DNA of 64,000 nucleotides, taken from NCBI GenBank assembly GCA_043719295.1, contig JAYSUD010000005.1, positions 31,651 to 95,650 on the forward strand, read 5' to 3'. Every line of letters begins with the position of its first letter. Position 1 is the stretch's first letter. Positions 19,858 to 30,037 of the stretch are shown here, one piece after another. Source of the DNA: a bacterium. GTDB lineage: Bacteria > Patescibacteriota > Minisyncoccia > Phycocordibacterales > UBA918. Under the pieces are notes generated by a model. That model saw nothing but the letters and a program-made list of their open reading frames with translations. It was not told the DNA's origin and ran no database searches. The position numbers and the translations under genes are program-made.

Positions 19858-21657
19858 TTACTCCTGCAAGAATCCTCCCGCCTGATGCTCCCAAAGTCGT
19901 TGATAGGTACCACCTGCTTCAGCCAGAGTTTTATGACTTCCATCTTCAACAATTTTTCCTCCTTCGAGAACCAAGATTCTATCCATTTCTCGAAGTGTTG
20001 AAAGTCGGTGTGCAATAGCAACAACAGTCTTCCCTTCCATAAGTTCATGCAGTGCCTTCTGAATTGCAACTTCACTTTCACTATCAAGTGCTGAAGTAGC
20101 TTCGTCAAGAATAAGTATTGGTGCGTCTTTAAGCATGGCTCTCGCTATTGCTACTCGTTGCTTTTGTCCACCCGAGAGCTTTACTCCACGTTCACCAACA
20201 AGCGTGTCGTACTTATCTTCAAGTGCACTAATAAACTCATGCGCCTGAGCTTTTTTTGCAACAGCTTCAATCTCTTCATTTATTGCATCCGGTTTCCCAT
20301 ACGCAATATTTTCACGAATTGACCGATGAAACAGCATTGGTTCTTGCGGCACGATAGCTATGGCCTCGCGCAACGAGTCTTGTGTTACTTTTGCAATGTT
20401 TTGTCCATCAATGGAAATGTCCCCTGCTTGCAAATCATGCTGTCTTAGCATTAAAGATACAAAAGTAGTTTTACCTGCTCCTGAAGGTCCAACTAACCCA
20501 ACTCGTTCTCCGGATTTTATAGTCAGATTAAAGTCATCAAATACTTTGTTTTTACCGTATTCAAACAATACGTTATTCCAAGTAATTCCAGCATTATTTA
20601 CTTTCAAATTTTTAGCCTTTACAGCATCATTAATTTCATATGGAAGCAAAACAGCTTCAAGACCTTCTTCTACCTCACCGAATTGTCGAGCAAACCCATT
20701 CATAAGCATTCCCATGATATTGAATGTAAAAGAAACACGAGAAAGAAGTATTAATACCAAAACTAAACTACCTGCTGTAGCTTGTCCCGAAGCAAGCAAA
20801 GAAAACACAATAATGAGCATGCAAAGAATAGTTGCATTACCAAGTAATCCATTACCAACCATAGTCCACTCGCCCATATACCACTGTTTAAAATCTTTTG
20901 CAGTTTTTTCATCAATAGCATCTTTTAAGCGGAGTAATTCTTGATCTTTTCTTGAATATTGTCTCACTGCAGAAATGTTTGTCAGCACATCTACTCCCTC
21001 TCCCCGCAATTTTGATGAAGACGCGGAATACGCCACAACAAACGGCCGCCTTTTTTTAACTCTCCAAACGTTGTACACAATTACAGCTCCGACAATTGCA
21101 ATTGTGGCAACCCCTACAGACCAATGCAATTTAAAAAATAAGTACAAAGTTGCTACTAGTCCTATTATTTCTGGCCACAATCTCCACATAAATTGATCAA
21201 GAATACGTGAGCTACCATCACTTGCATTTGATATCTTATTTGAAAGCGAACCGGCAAATCTATCAACAAAGTACCCATGGCTATGCTCTAATACATACCG
21301 ATATAATTCTTTGTATGCAGTTGCATTCTCCTTAATCATCCAAGCAATACCGGAAAAGCCACTAACTCGCCAGCATGCAGTACGTAAGACTAACAATACA
21401 AAAAATACAGAGCCCCAGTAATACAGCACACTTAATTGCGTCTCTAGATTTTCTGCAATACTAAAATTATCTATAAGTCGAGAAATTGCGTATACTTCAA
21501 GGACTTCGAGGATGGCAGCAAGTGTTACTGAAACCATAGCAATAGTTGCTAATAAACGATGTGGCGAAGTGACATACCACAAAAATGCCAAAGGTGTCTT
21601 AGGAATTGCGCCGCTGTACGTTCCACTTTTTGTAAGTTTTTGGGTTGTTTTTATCAT
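19858..21657 (-). CDS. ABC exporter, fused permease/ATPase (MsbA-like)
   Basis: 6-TM N-terminal domain, Walker A GPSGAGKTT, signature LSGGQKQRVAIARAML. Confidence 0.85.
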   Translation of the reverse strand: MIKTTQKLTKSGTYSGAIPKTPLAFLWYVTSPHRLLATIAMVSVTLAAILEVLEVYAISRLIDNFSIAENLETQLSVLYYWGSVFFVLLVLRTACWRVSGFSGIAWMIKENATAYKELYRYVLEHSHGYFVDRFAGSLSNKISNASDGSSRILDQFMWRLWPEIIGLVATLYLFFKLHWSVGVATIAIVGAVIVYNVWRVKKRRPFVVAYSASSSKLRGEGVDVLTNISAVRQYSRKDQELLRLKDAIDEKTAKDFKQWYMGEWTMVGNGLLGNATILCMLIIVFSLLASGQATAGSLVLVLILLSRVSFTFNIMGMLMNGFARQFGEVEEGLEAVLLPYEINDAVKAKNLKVNNAGITWNNVLFEYGKNKVFDDFNLTIKSGERVGLVGPSGAGKTTFVSLMLRQHDLQAGDISIDGQNIAKVTQDSLREAIAIVPQEPMLFHRSIRENIAYGKPDAINEEIEAVAKKAQAHEFISALEDKYDTLVGERGVKLSGGQKQRVAIARAMLKDAPILILDEATSALDSESEVAIQKALHELMEGKTVVAIAHRLSTLREMDRILVLEGGKIVEDGSHKTLAEAGGTYQRLWEHQAGGFLQE

Positions 21658-21761
21658 AGGTATCTACATTAAAAAGCTTTGTGCCAAAGCTGACACAAGC
21701 AAAGATCAGTGTACGTAGTATAAGTATAGACGCTAGAAGACAATAAATCTTTCTATGGTTG

Positions 21762-22331
21762 TTATAATACGAGGACAGCCTGATTAATCTCCGCTTCGGT
21801 TATATCCCCTTCGCGTACCACGGTGATTTTATCGCCGTTTACTCGTACGATAGTCGAAGCCAAGCCTTTACGAGGACCATCGTCCACTACTGTTGTTATC
21901 ATATGTGCATTCTTGCCAAATTGTTGCAGAATCTCCCCAACAGTTCCGAGCGTTGAAGAACCGCTGATGTTGGCACTAGTACACGTAAGGGGCACATCAA
22001 ATTCTGCCATAAAATCTTCAACTACCTTCTGTGCAAGAGGGTCAGAGGAGATTCGGAAGCCTATAGTTCTGTCACTTGAAATAATGTTTTTTTGAATATG
22101 TGGTAATGCAGGTAATATGAGTGTGAGTTTGCCTGGTAAAAATTGCTCCGCTATTTTTAACGCGACATCTGAAACTTTTGCATACTTTTTTATATCTTCC
22201 ACATTTCGAACCAACCAAGAATAGTGTTTAGAAGTATCCCGCTCTTTAAGCAGATAGATTTTTGCAAGCTCACTTGCATCAAGCGCATTGACTCCAAGTG
22301 CATAGAGCGTTTCTGTTGGATAGAGAATCAT
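21762..22331 (-). CDS. tsaC: L-threonylcarbamoyladenylate synthase (YrdC/Sua5 family)
   Basis: N-terminal YPTETLYALGVNA, K..RD..KHYSWLV motifs of YrdC. Confidence 0.75.
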   Translation of the reverse strand: MILYPTETLYALGVNALDASELAKIYLLKERDTSKHYSWLVRNVEDIKKYAKVSDVALKIAEQFLPGKLTLILPALPHIQKNIISSDRTIGFRISSDPLAQKVVEDFMAEFDVPLTCTSANISGSSTLGTVGEILQQFGKNAHMITTVVDDGPRKGLASTIVRVNGDKITVVREGDITEAEINQAVLVL

Positions 22332-22368
22332 AGAGATACTGTAGTACAGTACTGTACAAAAGCAACAC

Positions 22369-22722
22369 CTAATTCATCTGTTCGTTTCCTTCTTGAATTA
22401 TTACAGACAAACTCACAATCAACGCTGCTTGTTCTTCTGCATCAAGTTGCGGTGGCATAAACTTAGTTAAAAATGGCGTATTGTGTAACATTGTTTTAGC
22501 CATACTCAATTGCTTTTCTGAATCTTTGTTGTGAGCTATGAATGGGACCGATTCTTCTCCTTTTAACACTGAGACAATTCTACTGTGCTGTACCATTTCA
22601 GATGCAAGTCGGCGTTGAGTTTCTATCAAAGATTCAGAAGTCCTTCCTCTGCTTTCTTTATGTATTAAATCTGTTTCTGCTCCTCGATGAATCAATCGCC
22701 CTCCTTCTAATCCATGTGCCAT
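22369..22722 (-). CDS. hypothetical protein
   Basis: 117-aa ORF. Confidence 0.35.
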   Translation of the reverse strand: MAHGLEGGRLIHRGAETDLIHKESRGRTSESLIETQRRLASEMVQHSRIVSVLKGEESVPFIAHNKDSEKQLSMAKTMLHNTPFLTKFMPPQLDAEEQAALIVSLSVIIQEGNEQMN

Positions 22723-22806
22723 AAATGATGATTTAAAAATTCTTAATAATTATGCTACCATCATACTACTTTTTGAGACGGACTATGTACCTCAATATAA
22801 GTAAAC

Positions 22807-22879
22807 GCGCGATTAGCTCAGCTGGTAGAGCGCCCGCATGACATGCGGTAGGTCACAGGTTCAAGTCCTGTATCGCGCA
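22807..22879 (+). tRNA. tRNA-Val (GAC)
   Basis: GCGCGAT acceptor, GCTCAGCTGGTAGAGC D-arm, anticodon loop ATGACAT, TTCAAGT T-loop. Confidence 0.85.
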
Positions 22880-23126
22880 CTTAGAAAATAAATAACTCAG
22901 TGTGTATACACTGAGTTATTTATTTTCTGCGCGATACAGGACTTGAAAGGCGGAGTCGGGGACCCTTTGGGCCGACGAGCCGGGGTCGAGAACACTTAGT
23001 AGATTTGGAGTCGAAGACGAACAAATATACTTAATGATTCGTGACCGAGCCCTGTATCAAATGCCTTAACTCGTACAGCACGCAAAAAAAAGATGACCAT
23101 GCTTTGTTTACTGTATACTATCTTCA

Positions 23127-23981
23127 ATGGAAAACCTTAAAAAAATTGTTGTTATTTACCATGATCAATGTCGTGACGGATTTGGGGCAGCCTACGCTGC
23201 ATGGAAAAAGTTTGGTGACGATGCGTCATATATCCCTCGCAAGACTCAGGACCCTGTTCCCCTAGGACTTATAGATAAAGAGTTATACATCGTTGATTAC
23301 AGCTACAAAATGCCAGAGCTTACGGAATTAGTTAACAACAATAAATTGGTGGTCGTTATTGACCATCATGCAACGTCAAAAGAAACTGTCGAATCATTTA
23401 AGGATAATGTCTTTGATCAAAATCATTCTGGTGCTGTTTTATCTTGGATGTACTTCCATCCAAATACCGAAGTGCCAAAGCTTCTTTTGTATGTTGAAGA
23501 TCATGATTTATGGCGATTTAAAATGGAATTCAATCGAGAGTTTGGTTCTGCCCTTGGCGAATACAATCAAGACTTTGAAACCTGGGATAAACTCAACTTA
23601 AACCTAGAAGACCGTGACGACTTTAGCAAGTTTATATCTATTGGAGGCGCCATTGCGGACTTTGAAGACAAGCACGTTCAAAAACTTCTTACCTTCAAAG
23701 AAAAAGTATTGTTTGAAGGAAATGTAATTTACGCAGTTAATTGTTCACGGCTGTATCGTTCGATTGTGGCCCACGAACTTTCAACGTTAAATGGAAAAGA
23801 AGGAGGAATTGAAATGGCAATTGTCTACTACCGCTATGATGGAAAAGTACACTGTGGACTTAGAAGTAACGGCGACGTTGACGTAAGCAAAATGGCTGAA
23901 AAGTATGGAGGAGGAGGTCATAAAAACGCTTCATCTATCCGAGTAAATTCATTTAACGAGCTCCCATTTACATTCTTATAG
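23127..23981 (+). CDS. DHH/DHHA1 phosphoesterase (NrnA-like)
   Basis: DHH motif (IDHHAT), C-terminal DHHA1 GGGGHKNA. Confidence 0.7.
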   Translation: MENLKKIVVIYHDQCRDGFGAAYAAWKKFGDDASYIPRKTQDPVPLGLIDKELYIVDYSYKMPELTELVNNNKLVVVIDHHATSKETVESFKDNVFDQNHSGAVLSWMYFHPNTEVPKLLLYVEDHDLWRFKMEFNREFGSALGEYNQDFETWDKLNLNLEDRDDFSKFISIGGAIADFEDKHVQKLLTFKEKVLFEGNVIYAVNCSRLYRSIVAHELSTLNGKEGGIEMAIVYYRYDGKVHCGLRSNGDVDVSKMAEKYGGGGHKNASSIRVNSFNELPFTFL

Positions 23982-24054
23982 CAAGGAATGGTATCTCTTA
24001 CTATAATTATTGCAAGGTTGGTAATTTATTCTTTTTTTATATATAGTTTCAATT

Positions 24055-24190
24055 GAGAAGTGGCGGAATAGGTAAACGCACGAATAAGGGTTAACAGTAG
24101 TGTCGTGAAAAGAGTAACCCCGAAAAACCCGGGTAAACAGTCCAGCTCATAATCACGACTTGTGAGGTGCAAATCCTCACCTTCTCATAA
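24055..24190 (+). ncRNA. tRNA-like structured element (possible class-II tRNA with an insertion); unresolved
   Basis: 5' GAGAAGT + GCGGAATAGGTAAACGC (Leu-type D-arm) and 3' TGAGG-TGCAAAT-CCTCA T-arm + CCTTCTCA acceptor, but no clean anticodon arm in about 60 intervening nt. Confidence 0.25.
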
Positions 24191-24198
24191 CTATATAC

Positions 24199-25374
24199 AT
24201 GAAAATCCTTTCAATTGAAACTTCTGCAGATGAGACAGCAGTAAGTATTGTAGAAGCTACAGGCGACTTTCCTTTAGCTACTTACGAGATTCTCGGCAAT
24301 GCGCTTCACTCACAAATTGAACTCCATACCCAATACGGAGGGATTTTTCCAATGATGGCTAAACGTGAACATGCAAAAGCCATTGTTCCTCTGCTACAAA
24401 ATGCACTTGAAGAAGCCGACATGCTCTCAAGTTCGAGGTCTAACCTCGAACAAGGGCTAGTTGAGAAATTACATGAGTTACTTTTGCAGGAACCTGAACT
24501 TGCTCAAACTTTTATTTCTTTTTTAGAATCACACGACATTAAAGATGGAATTGACTGTATTGCAGTTACGTCAGGACCTGGACTAGAGCCGGCGTTATGG
24601 GTAGGGGTTAATTTTGCTAAAGCTTTGAGTCTTGTCCTTAACGTCCCCGTTGTTCCTATTAACCATATGGAGGGACACATGCTTGCGTCACTTTATGACG
24701 TAGTACAAGACGACGCTATTGCGGAAGTTCACTTCCCTGCTTTGGCACTTCTTATCTCGGGCGGACACACAGAACTAGTTCTCATCAAAAAATGGGGTAT
24801 GTATGAAAAAGTTGGACAAACAAAAGACGACGCGGTTGGAGAAGCATTTGATAAAGTTGCACGTATGATGGGACTTCCCTATCCCGGAGGTCCTGAAATT
24901 GGCAAACGTGCAAAGATTGCTCGAGAACAAAAGCTACCTTTATTTAAAAACGAACTACCTCGACCAATGCTTCACTCTAAGGATTTAGATTTTTCTTTTT
25001 CTGGACTTAAAACTGCTGTACGCTATGCAATTGACGGAAGAGAATTATCAGAAAATGAAAAGAATGCACTTTCACGAGATTTTGAAGATGCGGTAACCGA
25101 AGTACTTTTAAAGAAAACACAAACTGCTCTGTCAGAGTTTGGTGCACAAACACTTATTGTTGGAGGTGGCGTTAGCGCGAGTGCGCGTATCCGTGAAGTG
25201 TTCCAAACAGAACTCCTCCACTCACACCCCGATATTGAAGTCTATTTCCCGCAACCAAAACTTTCAACTGACAACAGCATCATGATTGCACTCGCGGGCC
25301 ATGCTCATGTCACGGAAGGCAGAACAGCAGGAGCAGTGAGCTTGATTAAAGCCGATGGGAATCGATCGTTGTAA
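24199..25374 (+). CDS. tsaD: tRNA N6-adenosine threonylcarbamoyltransferase
   Basis: MKILSIETSADETAVSIV N-terminus, Kae1/Gcp family His motifs, 391 aa with an insertion. Confidence 0.85.
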   Translation: MKILSIETSADETAVSIVEATGDFPLATYEILGNALHSQIELHTQYGGIFPMMAKREHAKAIVPLLQNALEEADMLSSSRSNLEQGLVEKLHELLLQEPELAQTFISFLESHDIKDGIDCIAVTSGPGLEPALWVGVNFAKALSLVLNVPVVPINHMEGHMLASLYDVVQDDAIAEVHFPALALLISGGHTELVLIKKWGMYEKVGQTKDDAVGEAFDKVARMMGLPYPGGPEIGKRAKIAREQKLPLFKNELPRPMLHSKDLDFSFSGLKTAVRYAIDGRELSENEKNALSRDFEDAVTEVLLKKTQTALSEFGAQTLIVGGGVSASARIREVFQTELLHSHPDIEVYFPQPKLSTDNSIMIALAGHAHVTEGRTAGAVSLIKADGNRSL

Positions 25375-25431
25375 AACTATTTAAAATACTGAGTAGGTGT
25401 TATATACTACAAATATCGAAAGGAGGTAGAA

Positions 25432-25566
25432 ATGGCAATACGATATTGTGAATGCGGTCGTGAAATTCGTGTTTATATCCATGGTAACTGGGGACCTGCT
25501 CCAGATGAAAATCATGATTTATGCCAAAAGTGTTGGCAGTCGCAATTGGACTCAGATCGCACATGA
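25432..25566 (+). CDS. small zinc-ribbon protein (44 aa, not in ORF track)
   Basis: strong SD (gaaaggaggtagaaATG); MAIRYCECGREIRVYIHGNWGPAPDENHDLCQKCWQSQLDSDRT with CxC...CxxC. Confidence 0.45.
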   Translation: MAIRYCECGREIRVYIHGNWGPAPDENHDLCQKCWQSQLDSDRT

Positions 25567-25711
25567 CCCACGGATTGGCTTACAATCTAGTGGGTCAATT
25601 CGTGTTTATGAATTTATTATTTTACCCCAGAGATTCTTCACCAACGTCATTTTTCATGATACTATCGCTTTATTACGTGCCCCGTTAGAAGCACTGCACA
25701 AATACAATAAT

Positions 25712-27931
25712 ATGTCAGAAATCAATAATAAAATACAAAATAAGGTTGCTTCTGATGGGGTGAACGAAGAAAAAAGCATGATCCCGGAAGTATTTTTGAC
25801 ACCATACGACCCAAATAAACACGAGAAGGCAATATACGAGCTTTGGGAAAAAACAGGGTTTTTTAATCCAGACAACCTCCCTCCCCATCAGGATGGAATG
25901 CCTCGTACAGAGCCTTTTTCTATAGTCATGCCTCCTCCAAACGCCAATGGTTCGCTTCATGCGGGACATGCGTTGTTTGTAACCATCCAAGACATCATGA
26001 TTCGCTACAAGCGAATGCAGGGATTTAAAACAGTTTGGATACCGGGTGCTGACCATGCAGGGTTTGAGACACAAACGGTGTACGAAAAGAAACTTGAAAA
26101 GGAAGGGCGTTCCCGTTTTGGGATGGATCCTAAAGAACTGTACGCGGAAATCATGGCCTTTACTATGGCGAGTAAATCGTTCATGGAAAACCAAATCAAA
26201 GAACTTGGTGCATCGTGTGACTGGAGTCGACTCCTCTTTACACTCGATGACAGGGTTATCAAAACCGTTTACGACACTTTTAAGCAACTCGAAACCGACA
26301 AACTCCTCTATCGCGGTGCACGTATTGTGAACTGGTGTTCAAAACATCAAACTTCCCTTTCAAATCTTGAAACTAACCACGAAGAACGAGTAAGTAAATT
26401 TTACTATTTTCAATACGGACCATTTGTTATTGGGACAGCCCGTCCTGAAACGAAATTCGGTGACAAGTACGTGGTAGTACACCCAAACGACGCAAAGTAT
26501 GCAGAATTCACCCATGGACAACAAATTGAACTTGAGTGGATTAATGGACCGATTACTGCAACGGTGATTAAAGACGAAGCAAGTGATCCTGAAATGGGAT
26601 CAGGTGCCATGACTATCACTCCCTGGCACTCGGGAGTTGACTTTGACATTGCAAAACGACATAACCTACCCTACGAGCAGATAATTTCCTGGCAAGGAAA
26701 ACTTCTCCCTATTGCAGGAGAGTTTGAAGGAATGACTATTAAAGATGCACGCGAGAAGATTGTTGAAAAACTTAAGGAGAAAGGATTGCTGGTAAAGATT
26801 GATGAAGCGTACGCACACGCAGTTCCTTGTTGCTATAAGTGTGACCGCGAGATTGAACCACAAATTCGTGAACAGTGGTTTGTAAAGACAAAACCGCTTG
26901 CAGAGAAAGCACTTGAAGCAGTAGACGCACAGAAGATATCATTCTCAACCGACCGCGATGAACGAGTTTTCCGCGACTGGATGGAAAAGATTGAAGATTG
27001 GAATATCTCACGCCAAATTATTTGGGGAATCCCTATTCCTGCAAAAGTTTGTACGCAGTGCGGGAGTGGAATGGTTGATATTGAAAATACGGTCACTACA
27101 TGTACCGCATGTGGGGGCACAGCACTCATACAAGATCCTGATACCTTTGATACGTGGTTTAGTAGTGGTCAGTGGCCGCTAGCAACCACAGGGTATCCGG
27201 ACAACGAGGATTTCAAAACCTACTACCCTACTTCAGTCATGGAAACAGGAAAAGATATTATTTTTTTCTGGGTATCGCGCATGATTATGCTCGGGCTCTA
27301 TAGAACTGGCGAAGTACCATTTAAAAAAGTCTATTTGCACGGCATGGTGCGCGACAAACACGGCAAGAAGATGAGTAAGAGCAAAGGTAACGTTATTGCA
27401 CCAAGTGAGATACAAGAAAAGTATGGCACTGATGCACTTCGCATGGGACTTATGGTCAACAACGCACCCGGAACTGACATGAATCTCGACCCTGACAAGG
27501 TTAATGCGTACAAAAAATTTGCAAACAAACTTTGGAATATTACACGGTTTGTTCTTGATAATACGCAAGACTATGTGCCACCAGTAGAGCACACCGAAGC
27601 TGACACTGCTTTCGAAAATGAATTTCTGCATCCAATGGTTGCCGAGATTAACAAATTTATGGAAGCTGACCGATACGACTTGGCTTCAGAAAAAATTTAT
27701 CATTTCGTATGGGATCATTTTGCGAGTCAGGTGATTGAGGAATCAAAACCACTTTTAGCTGAAGGTGGAAGCGTTCGAGCTTCACGACAAAGAATGCTTG
27801 TGCACTATTTAGTGACGTCTGTTAAGCTCCTCCACCCATTCATGCCGTTTATCACCGAAACCATCTGGCAGGAACTTCCAAAGCAAATGAAGGATGCAGA
27901 TATATTAATTGTCGCAACGTGGCCAAAATAG
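25712..27931 (+). CDS. valS: valine--tRNA ligase
   Basis: HAGHALF (HIGH) and KMSKS motifs and editing domain; the track ORF start at 25448 is an upstream over-extension in frame, real Met near 25712. Confidence 0.85.
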   Translation: MSEINNKIQNKVASDGVNEEKSMIPEVFLTPYDPNKHEKAIYELWEKTGFFNPDNLPPHQDGMPRTEPFSIVMPPPNANGSLHAGHALFVTIQDIMIRYKRMQGFKTVWIPGADHAGFETQTVYEKKLEKEGRSRFGMDPKELYAEIMAFTMASKSFMENQIKELGASCDWSRLLFTLDDRVIKTVYDTFKQLETDKLLYRGARIVNWCSKHQTSLSNLETNHEERVSKFYYFQYGPFVIGTARPETKFGDKYVVVHPNDAKYAEFTHGQQIELEWINGPITATVIKDEASDPEMGSGAMTITPWHSGVDFDIAKRHNLPYEQIISWQGKLLPIAGEFEGMTIKDAREKIVEKLKEKGLLVKIDEAYAHAVPCCYKCDREIEPQIREQWFVKTKPLAEKALEAVDAQKISFSTDRDERVFRDWMEKIEDWNISRQIIWGIPIPAKVCTQCGSGMVDIENTVTTCTACGGTALIQDPDTFDTWFSSGQWPLATTGYPDNEDFKTYYPTSVMETGKDIIFFWVSRMIMLGLYRTGEVPFKKVYLHGMVRDKHGKKMSKSKGNVIAPSEIQEKYGTDALRMGLMVNNAPGTDMNLDPDKVNAYKKFANKLWNITRFVLDNTQDYVPPVEHTEADTAFENEFLHPMVAEINKFMEADRYDLASEKIYHFVWDHFASQVIEESKPLLAEGGSVRASRQRMLVHYLVTSVKLLHPFMPFITETIWQELPKQMKDADILIVATWPK

Positions 27932-28000
27932 TTAGTATTGTTATTCAGACTAAGACTTGATATAGTCTTTTGTTAGAAACAGCGCTCGGAAGGAATACGC

Positions 28001-28255
28001 ATGAGCTTAGTATTTGCACAGAGAAAATCCCTCAACGGAGAACCCGGAGCACACCTGGTGGATGTTGACATCTTCAAGCCGAACGGAAAAACAAAAATAC
28101 TCCGTGCACAACTTTTCATTGCCTTTGATGAGGCTAAAATAGAAGGGATTGTCCTTGGAGGATGCACAAACGGCTTGGAGTTATTCTCAGATGGAACAGA
28201 AGTTACAATGAGGCCTATTGAACGAGATGGCTACACGCACATGCTGTGTGCCTGA
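28001..28255 (+). CDS. hypothetical small protein
   Basis: 84-aa ORF with a GGAAGGA SD 7 nt upstream. Confidence 0.35.
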   Translation: MSLVFAQRKSLNGEPGAHLVDVDIFKPNGKTKILRAQLFIAFDEAKIEGIVLGGCTNGLELFSDGTEVTMRPIERDGYTHMLCA

Positions 28256-28480
28256 AGTTCTGCATCATGCACAAATCCACCCTTGGACACCACCCGGTGT
28301 CCATTTGCTTTTATACGCAACAACATATAATTCTAAACACATCCTCTGCTACAATAGGACTGATAGAAATGAACATAATTCGAGGCGAACAAGGAAATTT
28401 TTAAGAGCCCTACTTGCTGTAGGGTGAAGAAAAATTTTTGCAGTTCAACAAAGAAGTATGCCATTTCTATCAGTCCTATT

Positions 28481-29188
28481 ATGGAGTCGACATACTTTGC
28501 TATCGCATTCCTAGGCGGCCTCATCCCCGCGCTTTTTTGGTTGTGGTTTTGGCTTCGTGAAGACAAAGAACGTCCAGAACCCTATCTTCTCATTGCGCTC
28601 GCATTCATTGGCGGAATGATGGTAGTCCCCCTTGCACTTCCCTTACAAAAACTTGCTATTGATACCTATACGGGAGACAACCTCGTTGCTATTTGGGTCA
28701 TCATTGAAGAAGTACTCAAATATGCAATTGCACTTATTATGATCTTATGGAATAGAGCAGTTGATGAACCTATTGATGTAATCATCTACATGGTCACCAT
28801 TGCGCTCGGGTTTGCTGCACTTGAAAATACGTTATACATCTTTAATCCAATTACCAACGGAGATTTTGCAAATGCTGGAGTAACTGGTTTCTTCCGATTT
28901 TTAGGATCGACATTGCTTCACGTACTTGCGTCGGGTACTGTGGGAGCGTTCTTGGCACTGGCATTTTTTAAGTCTTCGCTTCAAAAACTAATTTGGGGAA
29001 GCATTGGGTTGTTCGTTGCTATTGTATTGCATGCATTGTTTAACTTTTTTATAATGGATGGAAGTGGAGAGACAATTGTTGGCGTGTTTCTCTTCGTCTG
29101 GATGGGCATTATCGTCTTGTTTCTTATCTTTGAAAAAGTTAAAATTCTTGAAGCCCGTCATAACGCACCTTTACAAAAAACATCATGA
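28481..29188 (+). CDS. PrsW-family intramembrane metalloprotease
   Basis: multi-TM; EEVLKYA, FAALEN and HALFN motifs of the PrsW/YhfC family. Confidence 0.65.
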   Translation: MESTYFAIAFLGGLIPALFWLWFWLREDKERPEPYLLIALAFIGGMMVVPLALPLQKLAIDTYTGDNLVAIWVIIEEVLKYAIALIMILWNRAVDEPIDVIIYMVTIALGFAALENTLYIFNPITNGDFANAGVTGFFRFLGSTLLHVLASGTVGAFLALAFFKSSLQKLIWGSIGLFVAIVLHALFNFFIMDGSGETIVGVFLFVWMGIIVLFLIFEKVKILEARHNAPLQKTS

Positions 29189-29706
29189 AAAAACCATCAT
29201 TTTTAGAACGACTCACTGGATCAGTTGCCACCTCTAAGTACGACGACGTTCTTGATGGTGATCACGAATTTGGTGCAGACGATAAAACAGAACAAGACGA
29301 CAACTATCAAGACGAATCAGCATGGCACGGCCAAGGCGGGATGGATGATGACGAACCTCAAGAAGGTGAACTTCCTGTAGACATGTATCAAACTGGAGAT
29401 GCGGTTATTATTCGTGCGCTTGTTGCTGGAGTGTCTCCTGACGATTTAGACATTGCTATTACTCGTGACATGGTTACTATTCGTGGTTCACGAGAGGAAT
29501 ACAAAGAGGCATCAAATGAGGACTATTATCATAGAGAACTGTTCTGGGGTTCTTTCTCACGAACACTTGTACTCCCTGAAGAAGTAGTCATTGATGAAGC
29601 CGAGGCTCAAGAAAAACACGGTATGCTCGAGATACGTTTACCTAAAGTTGATAAAGGACGAAGTGCCCGCTTAAAAGTAAAGCCACATCACTTGAACGCT
29701 AAATAG
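29185..29706 (+). CDS. Hsp20/alpha-crystallin small heat-shock protein
   Basis: alpha-crystallin domain with an acidic N-terminal extension; start overlaps the prsW stop. Confidence 0.7.
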   Translation: MKKPSFLERLTGSVATSKYDDVLDGDHEFGADDKTEQDDNYQDESAWHGQGGMDDDEPQEGELPVDMYQTGDAVIIRALVAGVSPDDLDIAITRDMVTIRGSREEYKEASNEDYYHRELFWGSFSRTLVLPEEVVIDEAEAQEKHGMLEIRLPKVDKGRSARLKVKPHHLNAK

Positions 29707-29776
29707 TGCCTATAGATAGACATTGAAAAATCGCCAGTCCCTGTTGGGGCTGGCGATTTTGAATTGTGCAGCTTTA

Positions 29777-30037
29777 TCATTCCGCTGCCATTTTGGCGTT
29801 AGTAGCAAGGAGGAATCTGCGACTATAGAGCGCGTCACTCCCCCACCCTGTTACACTGCCAATTCGAACTTCAAAGTAATCTCCTTCTTGTTCATATGAA
29901 TCAATCTGTCTACCCATTTGTCTTGCAAGTGAACGAACTGATTCTTTAACTGATATAAACTCAGATACTTCTTGAAGCCCTTCAAACAAAGCGTCCAAGC
30001 TTACTCTTTGTTGTCTCACTTCCATTTCACTCTCCAC
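29777..30037 (-). CDS. hypothetical small protein
   Basis: 86-aa ORF. Confidence 0.35.
   Translation of the reverse strand: MESEMEVRQQRVSLDALFEGLQEVSEFISVKESVRSLARQMGRQIDSYEQEGDYFEVRIGSVTGWGSDALYSRRFLLATNAKMAAE

Noticed and set aside
22927-22947. The inverted tRNA-Val 3' fragment as a second tRNA gene or pseudogene
   Set aside because: Only about 21 nt of the 3' end are present and they base-pair with the genuine tRNA 3' half. Treated as part of a hairpin, not a gene.
25448-25711. N-terminal 88 codons of the track valS ORF
   Set aside because: They have no similarity to ValRS and overlap the separate small zinc-ribbon ORF in another frame. A proper Met with a conserved ValRS N-terminus follows at 25712.
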